Below are positions 1-10,049 of a stretch of 64,000 nucleotides of DNA, piece by piece (position 1 is the first letter of the stretch; each line of letters starts with the position of its first letter). Made by a program: the position numbers and the translations under genes. Where the stretch lies: the NCBI GenBank assembly GCA_963422205.2, contig CAXMWX010000001.1, positions 256,001 through 320,000 of the forward strand, read 5' to 3'. The notes under the pieces are model-generated. The model saw only the letters and a list, made by a program, of their open reading frames with translations, ran no database searches and was not told the DNA's origin. Source of the DNA: Gammaproteobacteria bacterium. Lineage in GTDB: Bacteria; Pseudomonadota; Gammaproteobacteria; Eutrophobiales; Eutrophobiaceae.

Positions 1-1770
1 ATCTCCGCGGCTGATGCCGAAACGTTGCCCGGGCTTTTCCAGCAACGGGTAAAACGTGCACCGGAAGCCCCCGCCTACATGTTTTTTGATGCACTCAATG
101 ACATCTGGACACAGATCAGTTGGATCACTATGCACTTTGAAATCCAACGCTGGGCGACCGCACTTGGCAGGGAGAAGCTGGCGCCCGGCGATCGGGTGGC
201 TATCATGGCGCGCAATTCCCGCTACTGGGTGATGTTTGATCAGGCGGCACTGGCCCTGGGCCTGGTGGTGATCCCTTTATATACCGATGACCGGGTGGAT
301 AATGTGGCCTATATCCTGGCGGATGCCGAGGTCAAATTGCTGGTGGCTGGCGGGGCGGCGCAATGGCAACGGCTGAAGAGCCTGCCGCCCAGGAGCAAAC
401 ACCTAAAGCGCATCGTCAGCATCGGGGATGTGCCTGAAGGCGATGACAAGCGCCTTCGTTTACTGCGTAACTGGCTGCCGCAGCAGGCCGCCCCGCTTGA
501 GCTGCCCAGGCTGGATGGGGATGCCCTCGCCACTATCATCTATACTTCCGGCACGACCGGCCGCCCCAAGGGGGTGATGCTCAGTCACAAGAATATTCTG
601 ACCAATGCACAATCCTGCCTGCAAGCCGTGCCGATAGAAACGCAGCACATCTTGTTATCTTTTCTGCCCCTGTCACACGCCTTTGAAAGAACAGTCGGTT
701 ACTATCTTGCCATCATGGCGGGGGCCTGTGTTGCCCATGCCCGCAGCATTCCTGAACTGGCGCATGATCTGCTGGTCATCAAACCGCATGTGCTGATCTC
801 GGTGCCGCGTATTTACGAACGTATTTATGCCAGGATACGGGAGAGCTTGCAGAGCAAGTCGCCATTACAGCAGTATGTGTTTCAGTTGGCTGTTGAGGTG
901 GGCTGGCATAAGTTTGAAGTGGCGCAGGGACGGGCAAGGAGGCATCCGAGGTTATTAATCTGGTGGCTGTTGAAGCGGCTGGTGGCCGAGCAGGTGATCG
1001 CCAGGCTGGGTGGCAGGCTGGTGCTGGCGATCAGCGGCGGTGCGGCACTCTCGCCGGAGATATCGAAGTTGTTCATCGGCCTGGGGCTGCCGGTCTTGCA
1101 GGGGTACGGCCTGACAGAGACCAGCCCGGTGATCAGCGTCAATCGTCGGCAACACAATCTGCCCGCCAGTGTGGGCTCGCCGGTTGATGGTGTTGAAGTC
1201 CGTATCAATGATGAGGATGAATTACACGTCCGTGGTGAGAATGTGATGCTGGGGTACTGGCATGATCAAGAGGCGACCGACCGCATCATCGATACGGCGG
1301 GCTGGCTGTCAACCGGGGATCAGGCGAAGCTGGTGGATGGGCAGATCTATATCACCGGTCGCACCAAGGATATTATTGTGCTGGCCACCGGTGAGAAGGT
1401 ATCGCCGGCTGATATGGAGCTGGCGATTATCACCGATGAGGTGTTTGAGCAGGTGATGGTGGTGGGGGAGGCCAGACCTTACCTGACCGCCCTGGCGGTA
1501 CTCAATGAAGCGGCCATGCAGGCGGCGTTAGTTAAAGACGATCTTGACCTGCCCGACTTGCAGGCCGGGCAATTACAGCAGTGGCTGCTGCAACGCATGG
1601 CCGAGCGGCTGCACAATTTTCCCGGCTATGCGGTTGTGCATGGGATCAGCATCACGCCTCAGCCCTGGACGGTGGAGCAGGGCCTGCTGACACCGACACT
1701 GAAGATCAAGCGCAGGCAGCTTGAGGAGGTGTCTGCCGAGCAGATAGCGCAGATGTATGCCGGGCATTGA
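1..1770 (+). CDS. Long-chain fatty acid--CoA ligase (AMP-binding), 5' end outside window
   Basis: IIYTSGTTGRPKG AMP-binding motif, QGYGLTETSP, GWLSTGD, LTPTLKIKR; frame open back to position 1. Confidence 0.9.
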   Translation: MSAADAETLPGLFQQRVKRAPEAPAYMFFDALNDIWTQISWITMHFEIQRWATALGREKLAPGDRVAIMARNSRYWVMFDQAALALGLVVIPLYTDDRVDNVAYILADAEVKLLVAGGAAQWQRLKSLPPRSKHLKRIVSIGDVPEGDDKRLRLLRNWLPQQAAPLELPRLDGDALATIIYTSGTTGRPKGVMLSHKNILTNAQSCLQAVPIETQHILLSFLPLSHAFERTVGYYLAIMAGACVAHARSIPELAHDLLVIKPHVLISVPRIYERIYARIRESLQSKSPLQQYVFQLAVEVGWHKFEVAQGRARRHPRLLIWWLLKRLVAEQVIARLGGRLVLAISGGAALSPEISKLFIGLGLPVLQGYGLTETSPVISVNRRQHNLPASVGSPVDGVEVRINDEDELHVRGENVMLGYWHDQEATDRIIDTAGWLSTGDQAKLVDGQIYITGRTKDIIVLATGEKVSPADMELAIITDEVFEQVMVVGEARPYLTALAVLNEAAMQAALVKDDLDLPDLQAGQLQQWLLQRMAERLHNFPGYAVVHGISITPQPWTVEQGLLTPTLKIKRRQLEEVSAEQIAQMYAGH

Positions 1771-1818
1771 CCCCCTCATGGCGTCTTGTCAGGATGGGTT
1801 CTCTGGCTGCCTGATGAG

Positions 1819-2931
1819 TCAAGCCGATGACTCACTCTCCGGGGGCATCATGTGTATCGCCTCGCTTAATAATGACACGGCAACAAGCGCCTCTTCGGCC
1901 AGCCGGTTACGCCGGGCAACGTGGCTGGGAACGTTCAGATAAATGGCCGCTCCCTGCTCGGTGAGCATCTTAATTGAGGTTGATTCACCCAGCCTGACCA
2001 GCTCGGTTATTTTGCCATGCACGGGGTTTTCGCGTTCGCCACGTGATGGCCTGTCCTGCCGGTGCAGGATGACACTTTCCGTCGGGATCACCCAGCGGCA
2101 TGGTGCCCCGGCGGCCATTTCAGGCCGGTAGGCGGCCTCCAGCGTCATGCCCTGCCAGTGCAGCCGGGTGATCTGTCGTTCATGGTCGTGCTGCTCTACA
2201 AGGCCATCATGGATATTGTCGTGGCCGATGAGGCGGGCGACTTTGCTGTTATGGGGCCGGCTCATGATGGCATCGGGCGTATCGAGTTGCAGGGTGTGGC
2301 CATGATGCAGGATGCACAGGCGATCGGCAATGCGTCTGGCCTCGTTCAGGTTATGGGTGACATGGATCAGCGGCGTGGGTATTTGCTGGTGTAATTGCAA
2401 CAGTTCACGTACCAGTTTTCGGCGCGTTTGCTGATCGATGGCGGAGAAAGGCTCATCTAACAGCAACACATCCGGCTCACGTGCCAGGGCCCTTGCCAGG
2501 GCGATACGTTGTTGCTGGCCGCCAGATAGCTGGCCTGGCAGGCGCCCCTCCAGCCCCTGCATGTTAATCAACTCAAGCAACTGTCGGGCCCGTTGGGTTT
2601 TATTTATCTTGTCGTTACGCAGTGCAATCATGATATTCTCCAGCGCCGTCAGGTGCGGAAACAAGGCGTAATGCTGAAACACCATGCCGGTTTTTCGCTG
2701 TTGCACGGGCAGATTGATGCGGGCATCGGTATCCAGCCAGGGGGTTGTATTACTGCTCACCCTGCCATGCTGTGGTGTATACAGGCCGCTGATGGTGCGT
2801 AAGGTGGTTGACTTGCCGCTGCCTGATGGGCCGACAATCACCAGTATGTCACCCGGCTGGCAATCAAATGCAACATGCAGCGGTATGATGGTATCTTGTT
2901 GCAGACGTACTTTGACTCCCTCAGCCGGCAT
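1819..2931 (-). CDS. modC: Molybdate ABC transporter ATP-binding protein with C-terminal TOBE-like domain
   Basis: Walker A GPSGSGKS, LSGGQQQR signature, LLLDEPF; downstream of modAB. Confidence 0.85.
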   Translation of the reverse strand: MPAEGVKVRLQQDTIIPLHVAFDCQPGDILVIVGPSGSGKSTTLRTISGLYTPQHGRVSSNTTPWLDTDARINLPVQQRKTGMVFQHYALFPHLTALENIMIALRNDKINKTQRARQLLELINMQGLEGRLPGQLSGGQQQRIALARALAREPDVLLLDEPFSAIDQQTRRKLVRELLQLHQQIPTPLIHVTHNLNEARRIADRLCILHHGHTLQLDTPDAIMSRPHNSKVARLIGHDNIHDGLVEQHDHERQITRLHWQGMTLEAAYRPEMAAGAPCRWVIPTESVILHRQDRPSRGERENPVHGKITELVRLGESTSIKMLTEQGAAIYLNVPSHVARRNRLAEEALVAVSLLSEAIHMMPPESESSA

Positions 2932-3592
2932 GGTGTTTACCGGCTCGCTCGGTCAACATATAGATCAGGGTGATTGCCAGAAAAGAGCCAAGCAGTAACA
3001 CAGCCGACATGATGGCGGCACTTTGATTATCAAATGCCTGTACCCGATCATAAATCGCAATCGCGATGGTACGTGTCTCGCCGGCTATGCTGCCGCCCAC
3101 CATGAGGATGACGCCAAACTCGCCCAGCGTGTGTGCGATTGTCAAGATAGCCGCAGCAACGATACCCGGCCAGGCCAGCGGCAGTTCAATGCGGGTAAAC
3201 GTCTGCCAGCCCGACAGACCACAGCACCAGGCCGCTTCCCGGATGCTGTGTGAGATGGATTCAAAGCTGCGCTGTATGGGTTGAATGGCAAAAGGGATGT
3301 TAAAGATGACCGAGGCAATCAGTATGCCTTCAAATGAAAACACCAGCGTACGACCAGCCACGCCTTCATACACCTGGCCGAGCCATGATTCTCTGCCAAG
3401 CAGCATCAGCAGGTAAAACCCCAGCACGGTTGGTGGCAGGATCAACGGCAGGGCGATCACGGCCTGGGCGATATGTCTGCCGGTGAACCGGTGCCAGGCA
3501 AGCCATCTGGCGATGATGATGGCCAGAGGGATCAGAATTGCCGCCGTTGCCAGCCCCAGTATGAGCGAGATCAGTAAGGCGTCCCAGTCCAT
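2921..3592 (-). CDS. modB: Molybdate ABC transporter permease
   Basis: LPLILPPTVLGFYLL, AHTLGEFG, GGSIAGETRT motifs. Confidence 0.92.
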   Translation of the reverse strand: MDWDALLISLILGLATAAILIPLAIIIARWLAWHRFTGRHIAQAVIALPLILPPTVLGFYLLMLLGRESWLGQVYEGVAGRTLVFSFEGILIASVIFNIPFAIQPIQRSFESISHSIREAAWCCGLSGWQTFTRIELPLAWPGIVAAAILTIAHTLGEFGVILMVGGSIAGETRTIAIAIYDRVQAFDNQSAAIMSAVLLLGSFLAITLIYMLTERAGKHHAG

Positions 3593-4344
3593 TAATCTGT
3601 CGGCAGATAGCCGAACCTGGCCAACACCGCTTTTGTCTTCTCCGATACCAGGGTCTGGAAAAGCTGTCTGCTTGTCCTGGTATCATCCAGCAGGGCGATG
3701 TACTGTCTAATCGGTTTGTGCCAGTTGTGCGGGATGGGGAAGTGCTTGCCTTGCTGGTTGCCTGCTATCGCATACATAAACGATGTTGGCACGATACAGG
3801 TATCGACATTGTTGGTAGTGCAGAATTGCATTGCTTGAGCTGCATTCTCGCCCAGTACAAGCTGACGGGTTTTGATAGCCCACACGCCCGCCTGGCTGAG
3901 TGCCTGCCGGGCGGCGATGCCGTACGGTGCATATTCAGGATTGGGGATGGCCAGCCGGGAAAACTCGCCCGTTTGCAGGGCGTACATGACCTCAGCTAGG
4001 CGGGTTTTATCGTACAGGCGGGAGTTTTGCGGGAGGTAGATGCTCAACTGCCCTTCGGCAAAGACAGCGAGTTCGGCAATCGCAATATGATGTTGCTCAA
4101 GTTGTTTAATATATTCCCTGCTGGCGGAGATAAATATATCAAACGGTGCCCCCTGTATGATTTGTCGGCTGAAATTTCCCGAGGAACCGAACGACAGCCT
4201 GACATTGACCGACTCATCGTCATCCAGTCTAAGCCGAGGTATTACATGCACAAAATTGGAGGCAATCGCCGTGAATACCACAGGGTCGGCCTGAACTGGC
4301 ACTGACAGGAGCAACATAAAGAGTAGTCGAGAAAATTTCTGCAT
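3592..4344 (-). CDS. modA: Molybdate ABC transporter periplasmic binding protein
   Basis: Signal peptide from ATG 4344; FGSSG..RQIIQGAPFDIFISAS; AIPNPEYAPYGIAA. Confidence 0.88.
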   Translation of the reverse strand: MQKFSRLLFMLLLSVPVQADPVVFTAIASNFVHVIPRLRLDDDESVNVRLSFGSSGNFSRQIIQGAPFDIFISASREYIKQLEQHHIAIAELAVFAEGQLSIYLPQNSRLYDKTRLAEVMYALQTGEFSRLAIPNPEYAPYGIAARQALSQAGVWAIKTRQLVLGENAAQAMQFCTTNNVDTCIVPTSFMYAIAGNQQGKHFPIPHNWHKPIRQYIALLDDTRTSRQLFQTLVSEKTKAVLARFGYLPTD

Positions 4345-4511
4345 AGCAAGTTGGCATAACAGCGGCTTGGTTGGTGCTGAGACTGCACAGCGGCCCATCA
4401 ACCAGCAGTATAAACAAAATACGGGTTGAAAATAAGCATGATTTATTGATGGCTTGCCGGAGGCCGGCCTGGCTGGCGGGGGTGGTGTTTGGCGTGCTGC
4501 CTGCCGCCCGA

Positions 4512-5231
4512 TCAGCGCGGCGATGATGTATCCTCATCAGGGAAGATGATCGACACCCGATAGTTATCTCCCCGCTGATTACGCATATTTGATATCCCGG
4601 TGAACCTGCGTAGCTGTGGTGCCGTCAGTGCATAGTCCAGCACGACCTTGCCGGCGATCAGGTTGACAAAGAAATTATCCGGTTCGATGACCATCCGCCT
4701 CAGCGTGTCCGTTGCCTGTTGCTGGTAGATCCTGAAGGTGACAAAACGCAGTAACGAGGGCACTAAAAAGGCTTTTTTTATCCTCTCACCTGCGGTCAGC
4801 TTATCCCAGTGTTGTGCAATCAGCCGATCAAAGCCGGCATCAACCAGCGCATTGTCGGGGATAGTGAGACGGGCTGTCCTGGTTTTATCTCCGGTTTTCC
4901 TGATAAATGTGACGATAAGCTCATCGGCAGTTTTTCTTGCCATTTCATAATGGCCGGATAAATGATTATCCAACGTAAAATCCGGCGTCAGTTGTGAGTG
5001 GGTATAGTCGACTGTCTTGCTGGCGAGCAAGCCGCCGTCAGGCAGCAGATACGTAACATCGTCTTTAAGCAGGGTAGCCCCATCCCAGGTCTCATGATGC
5101 ACTTCTGTGTACAAAAGCTGTTCGGTCTTGAGATCATAGGCATGACCCCGGCGTATTTTCACCTCCGCCAGGGCGGCATTGCCAGCAAGCAGGAAAACAA
5201 ACAGGCAGACAACACAGGATATGAGCGGCAT
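4512..5231 (-). CDS. Exported hypothetical protein, last gene of the lipid cluster
   Basis: Signal peptide (MPLISCVV...AALAE); LVDAGFD motif; 5 bp from upstream gene. Confidence 0.65.
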   Translation of the reverse strand: MPLISCVVCLFVFLLAGNAALAEVKIRRGHAYDLKTEQLLYTEVHHETWDGATLLKDDVTYLLPDGGLLASKTVDYTHSQLTPDFTLDNHLSGHYEMARKTADELIVTFIRKTGDKTRTARLTIPDNALVDAGFDRLIAQHWDKLTAGERIKKAFLVPSLLRFVTFRIYQQQATDTLRRMVIEPDNFFVNLIAGKVVLDYALTAPQLRRFTGISNMRNQRGDNYRVSIIFPDEDTSSPR

Positions 5232-5235
5232 GATG

Positions 5236-5580
5236 TTATATGCGCCTGCCATGGATAAATTTTTGTACATCACCAGCACTGCTGTAAATTGCATACAGGA
5301 TATACACGCAGGAGAACAGATTCCCCAGTAGCAAAATCGGGATAAAAAACAGGGCGGCCTTGAGGGGATGGACTTCACGCCACAGTATCCAGACCCCAAG
5401 CAGGAAAAAACCGATATAAATATCAAGAAACGTCACCAGCCCCCAGGGCATGGCAGTGATGCGGCTGATCTCCGCGGCAAAATTGCCGTTGGCTATGCCG
5501 TAGAGGAGGCCGATGCACATCATCAGCAGTAGCAAGCCGATGAACACCGCCAGTTTTTTCAATGCGGCTGGTTCATACAT
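5236..5580 (-). CDS. Small membrane protein, DUF1475-like
   Basis: PWGLVTFLDIYIGF..WILWRE; three hydrophobic segments; start overlaps upstream stop. Confidence 0.7.
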   Translation of the reverse strand: MYEPAALKKLAVFIGLLLLMMCIGLLYGIANGNFAAEISRITAMPWGLVTFLDIYIGFFLLGVWILWREVHPLKAALFFIPILLLGNLFSCVYILYAIYSSAGDVQKFIHGRRI

Positions 5581-6638
5581 TACCGAGCCTTTGTGAACAA
5601 GTAGTGACTGACCCACCATTGCTGGCCGTTTTCGTAGCCGAATAACTGGGCGCAGGCGATAAAGAAGACCCGCCAGCGTACCCACCATTGCATCGCATGT
5701 TCAGCCCCATACGTTGCTGTGAATAAATCAAGCACTCTGCCCTTGTTGGCATCCATGTTCGCCAGCCACGCCGTGGCCGTTTTTTTATAGTGGCGGCCGT
5801 CCCAGCGCCATTTTTTATCCAGCAGCATGGCTTGTTGAAAACGTAACGGCAACTCATCGGCCGGCATCATGCCGCCGGTAAAAAAATACTGACTCATCCA
5901 GTCGGAGGAGTACCTGGCGATGAAATAGTAAGGCGTACTCTTGTGACAGAATATGTGCATGAAAAACTTGCCTGTATCTTTCAGCCAGCCGGCAATCCGC
6001 TGCATCAACAGTTCGTGATTACGTATATGTTCAAACATCTCTATGGAAATAACCCGGTCAAACTGTTTGTCAATGTCAAATGTATTCATATCCGCCGTTA
6101 TGATCGCAATATTGTTAAGCCCTTCCTTGCGGGCTGCTTGCAGAATATATGCTCTTTGCGAATGGGAATTTGACACGGCGGTAATGTGCGCTGCCGGATA
6201 GTGCCTGGCGAGCCATAAAGTCCATGCCCCCCAGCCACAGCCGAGCTCCAGGATCTGCATACCATCTTCCAACTCCGCCCGGGCGCTGCTGATACGCAGG
6301 GCGTTAATTTCTGCCTGATTCAGATCAGCAGTCGCCGCATCCCAAAAACAACAACTGTATTTTCTGCTCTCACCCAGCACCACGGTAAAAAATTCTGCCG
6401 GGACTTCATAATGCTGTGCATTGGCGGCGGCGGTAGCAACGGCGATGGGTGCCTGCCTCATGTTTTTCACAAATGCCTCAAGCCGCCGCCCGCTCTGCTC
6501 ACAATCATCAATTTGCAATTCATTCAGCCGGGTTTTTAGCAAGGCATTGATGCCTGTGCGGATGATGATATCAGGGGCATAACCCCTCTCCACCAGATCG
6601 ATTGCCCAGTCAATGGCGTGCGTGGTTAAACTTCTCAT
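5580..6638 (-). CDS. SAM-dependent methyltransferase, CFA-synthase/CMAS family (second copy)
   Basis: ANAQHYE, KYSCC, ILELGCGWG, SIEMFEH, YFFTGGMMP. Confidence 0.88.
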   Translation of the reverse strand: MRSLTTHAIDWAIDLVERGYAPDIIIRTGINALLKTRLNELQIDDCEQSGRRLEAFVKNMRQAPIAVATAAANAQHYEVPAEFFTVVLGESRKYSCCFWDAATADLNQAEINALRISSARAELEDGMQILELGCGWGAWTLWLARHYPAAHITAVSNSHSQRAYILQAARKEGLNNIAIITADMNTFDIDKQFDRVISIEMFEHIRNHELLMQRIAGWLKDTGKFFMHIFCHKSTPYYFIARYSSDWMSQYFFTGGMMPADELPLRFQQAMLLDKKWRWDGRHYKKTATAWLANMDANKGRVLDLFTATYGAEHAMQWWVRWRVFFIACAQLFGYENGQQWWVSHYLFTKAR

Positions 6639-7447
6639 CCGCCACTTCCCGGCATAGGCTTTGCCGGCCAGGGGAAAAAACGGCTGGTGCTTTGCTGGTA
6701 GCGCCGATAGGCATCACCACGGCTTCGTACCAGTTGTTGCTCGGTATGGGGAATGCCGGTGAGCCGGGTGATAAAGACATACATGATGGCCACCCCGGCC
6801 AGCGTCAGCCACCACCACGATGAGCCGATACCGATAAACACGAACGCCCACCAGGTCAGCCATTCAAAAAAATAATTCGGGTGTCGGGACAAGCGCCACA
6901 AGCCGATACGGCATACCTTGCCCTGATTGTCCGGGTTGGCCTTGAAGCGGCTTAACTGGGCATCGGCGATGGTCTCCCCGGCCATGGCGATGAGCCAGAC
7001 AAGCACGCCCACCAGATCGAACAGCCCCAGCCGTGCCGTTGATGCCGCTGCCGCCATGTACGGAATACAGAACAGCACCACCCAGGAGGCCTGTAGCTGA
7101 AAAAATAGCAACAGGATGAGGCTGGCCCGCTTGCCGTAACGCTCATGCAGGTAGCCACGCAGGTAGCGATAGCGGCTATCTTCCGGCTTGCCGATGACAC
7201 GCCTGAAAAGAAACGTGCCCAGACGCAATCCCCACAGCAGTGCCATGATGGCCAGCAGGAGCTTTCTTTCGGCTAAACCGCCGGGCACGGACAACACCAG
7301 GATAGCGGCGCTCACGCCGGTCAGATAGGCCCAGGCAACATCAACCACGCCGGCATTCTCGCTGCGTAATTGCTGATACCACAGCAGCAACATGATGCCG
7401 GCGACCACAGCCCAGCAGAGCAATACATTGATCATCATGTCATTCAT
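6635..7447 (-). CDS. DUF1295 / steroid 5-alpha-reductase-like membrane protein
   Basis: VVDVAW, EDSRY, GLWRLSRHPNYFFE, YQQSTSRFFPW. Confidence 0.88.
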   Translation of the reverse strand: MNDMMINVLLCWAVVAGIMLLLWYQQLRSENAGVVDVAWAYLTGVSAAILVLSVPGGLAERKLLLAIMALLWGLRLGTFLFRRVIGKPEDSRYRYLRGYLHERYGKRASLILLLFFQLQASWVVLFCIPYMAAAASTARLGLFDLVGVLVWLIAMAGETIADAQLSRFKANPDNQGKVCRIGLWRLSRHPNYFFEWLTWWAFVFIGIGSSWWWLTLAGVAIMYVFITRLTGIPHTEQQLVRSRGDAYRRYQQSTSRFFPWPAKPMPGSGG

Positions 7448-8004
7448 GCGCTATCACCACCTGTCATCGGTGTTATCTTGCTCATCGCCGTCCCCGGCAG
7501 GAACCGGCCCGAAGCATACAACAGCCCAGGCATGGCAACTGCCCACAGCAGGCCGATGGCGATGAGGGAGGTCATCTCTTTGAGTAGCATAATGGCGTTC
7601 ATGGTGCTGCCAAGATAATACGCCGCCGGCCCGCCCAGCAGACCAAATGCCATACCTAACCATGGGCGGCCAGCCAACCAGGCCAGGCTGTGGTTGATGG
7701 TCATGCCGAGGTTAAGCCACAGGGCGACCATCCAGAGGGTCGAAGGCCAGCCGAGTTGGGCGGTTGGCGGAAAGGCGAGCATACCCGCCAGCACCAGCAG
7801 GGAGTCGGCCACATACCCTGCCAGCGCACATAACAGCAGAAATTGCAATTCAATAACGGGTTGGCGGCTGAACAGAGGCAGATGCACAGCCAGCCAGGCC
7901 AGCGTGAATACCGGCCCCAGCCATGGGTAAGCCGCCGCCGCCCCGACAACTGTGGCCAGCCAGCCCAGCTGGAAGAGGATAAAATTCAGCACATTGCCCA
8001 GCAT
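7444..8004 (-). CDS. DUF2878 family membrane protein
   Basis: NFILFQLGW, LWMVALW..G.TINHSLAWL, GGPAAYY. Confidence 0.85.
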   Translation of the reverse strand: MLGNVLNFILFQLGWLATVVGAAAAYPWLGPVFTLAWLAVHLPLFSRQPVIELQFLLLCALAGYVADSLLVLAGMLAFPPTAQLGWPSTLWMVALWLNLGMTINHSLAWLAGRPWLGMAFGLLGGPAAYYLGSTMNAIMLLKEMTSLIAIGLLWAVAMPGLLYASGRFLPGTAMSKITPMTGGDSA

Positions 8005-9261
8005 TTATATCGCCCCTGACAGATAGGTATGTTGACAGGCGGGTTTGTTAAACATCAGTTGCACATCACCGATATAATTCTGCTTGAAACCGGCCTCGCA
8101 ATAACAAAAGTAATACTGCCAGAGACGAATGAAGTCATCACCAAATCCCAGCGCGCGAATTTTGATCTCATTCGCCTGAAAGTTCTCCCGCCATTTTCGT
8201 AAAGTCCTGGCATAATGCGGGCCGATGTCCTCCAGGTGTTTAAGCTGTAGCTCGCTGCCTTGTGCGGCTGCATTCAGCAGCGCCGAGATGGACGGCACAC
8301 AACTTCCCGGGAAGATAAACTGCTGGATAAAGTCACTGGTTTTTAAATATTTTTCGTACCGTCGATCCGGCATGGTGATCGCCTGCATGAACATGTTCCC
8401 ATCGGCTTTTAACAAGCGATCGCATTGCTGGAAAAACCCCGGCAGGAAGGCATGACCCACAGCCTCGATCATCTCAACTGAGACGATGGCATCGTATTGT
8501 CCGGTCAACTCCCGGTAGTCACAGTGCAGCAGTTTTATTCTCTCTGTCAGCCTGTGTGCATGAATGCGCTCCTGCACCAGGGTGTATTGTTGTGCTGAAA
8601 TTGTCGTGGTGGTGATCTTGCAGCCATAGTTGCGGGCCGCATGGATAGCAAAACTTCCCCAGCCACTGCCGATCTCCAGAATATGTTGCTCAGGTTTGAG
8701 TTGCAGTTTACGGCAGATACGATCGAGCTTCTCCACGGATGCCTGTTGCAGGCTGGTCTCTGGCGTTGTGAAAATACCGGCGGAATACGTCATGGTCTCA
8801 TCAAGAAACAAGGCAAACATCTCATTACCAAGATCATAATGTGCCTTGATGTTATCCTTGCTGCCGGCCTGTGTATTGATGCGTTGTTTATGGCGTCGTT
8901 TGAGCCAGAAATTACCCAGCACCGCGAGACCAGCATTCAGCCGATCCATCTGTGGGCTGTTACCAAGCAGCAATTCAAACAGGCGGGTCAAGTCGTTGCA
9001 TGACCAGAAGCCATCACGCCAGGCGCTGGCAGCACCGTTACTGCCGGCCAGCAAGACATCCAGATAAAACCGAACATCATGGACGATGATTTCAACTGCT
9101 ATGTTATCTGCATCACCAATACACCATGCACCCCATGTATCCTGAATGCGGATCCCGCCCTGTCGTAATTGTCCAAGGCGATTTTTAATGTGATTACGAA
9201 GCAGGCAGATGGGCATCAGCATACCGCCGCTGGCCGCTTCGGTAATGGCGCCGGGTCTCAT
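8005..9261 (-). CDS. cfa: Cyclopropane-fatty-acyl-phospholipid synthase / fatty-acyl methylase (UfaM-like)
   Basis: NIKAHYDLGN, LDETMTYS, LEIGSGWG, SVEMIEAVG, IFPG, YYFCYCEAGF. Confidence 0.9.
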   Translation of the reverse strand: MRPGAITEAASGGMLMPICLLRNHIKNRLGQLRQGGIRIQDTWGAWCIGDADNIAVEIIVHDVRFYLDVLLAGSNGAASAWRDGFWSCNDLTRLFELLLGNSPQMDRLNAGLAVLGNFWLKRRHKQRINTQAGSKDNIKAHYDLGNEMFALFLDETMTYSAGIFTTPETSLQQASVEKLDRICRKLQLKPEQHILEIGSGWGSFAIHAARNYGCKITTTTISAQQYTLVQERIHAHRLTERIKLLHCDYRELTGQYDAIVSVEMIEAVGHAFLPGFFQQCDRLLKADGNMFMQAITMPDRRYEKYLKTSDFIQQFIFPGSCVPSISALLNAAAQGSELQLKHLEDIGPHYARTLRKWRENFQANEIKIRALGFGDDFIRLWQYYFCYCEAGFKQNYIGDVQLMFNKPACQHTYLSGAI

Positions 9262-10049
9262 GTTTTCAACGCCTTGTTCTGATAACTTTTCACTTCATGC
9301 TGGCGGTGTTTTGGGTGAGCATAAAACGGCACTTGCTTTAATTTAAGTTGCAATGCTTGCCAGTAAATGCCAGTGAGAATTCTTAACGTCATGAACGGGT
9401 AGTGCAGCAATGTACTGTGCAGGTTAGCGCTCGTGATAGCCTGTGCCTGTAACACCAGGTGGGCAGAGAAAATCTCATCATCCTCCTGCCGGTTACTCAT
9501 CTGCACATGCAGTTGCTCATCCGGGTTGGACAACCGCCAGCGATAGTCCTGCTGCATGGGCATGAATGGTGAGACATGAAAGGCTTTCTGGAAGTGAAAC
9601 TCATGCCCATTGCCAGGGGGGGTATCCCGGCAGTCCAGCACATAACAATGGGTCTCGCCCCAGGGCGTGTTATGAACCTCGGCGATGATAAAATCGGTGC
9701 GGGTATCGCTATGGTTGCGGCAGTAATAGAAACTGACCGGGTTCATGCAGTAGCCGAAGTAACGCAGATGAGTCAACAGGCGGATGCGGCCTTGCGGCCA
9801 TGCGGCGGTCTTTTGATACACCAGTTCAGCTATGCTCTCAGACAAAGGCTGCTTCGGGTCGCCATAATGATCGCTGCGTTTGAACCAGGCCAGGGCGGGC
9901 TTATCTGCTGACCAGAGGAGAAACGGCGCAAACAGATCGGGCAACTCGTCCAGGTCAAGATACAGCATAAACAGACGATAGGTAAATGCGTGCAACACCG
10001 GTTTATTGCGCCTGTGCCGCATCCAGCCGGTATAAAGCCTGCTGTGCAT
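9258..10049 (-). CDS. DUF1365 family protein (UfaO-like)
   Basis: HRR..PVLHAFTY, FGYCMNPVSFYYC, EVHNTPWGE, KAFHVSPFM, IYWQA. Confidence 0.9.
   Translation of the reverse strand: MHSRLYTGWMRHRRNKPVLHAFTYRLFMLYLDLDELPDLFAPFLLWSADKPALAWFKRSDHYGDPKQPLSESIAELVYQKTAAWPQGRIRLLTHLRYFGYCMNPVSFYYCRNHSDTRTDFIIAEVHNTPWGETHCYVLDCRDTPPGNGHEFHFQKAFHVSPFMPMQQDYRWRLSNPDEQLHVQMSNRQEDDEIFSAHLVLQAQAITSANLHSTLLHYPFMTLRILTGIYWQALQLKLKQVPFYAHPKHRQHEVKSYQNKALKT

Noticed and set aside
4345-4510. ModE operator upstream of modA
   Set aside because: No convincing match to the ModE palindrome by eye
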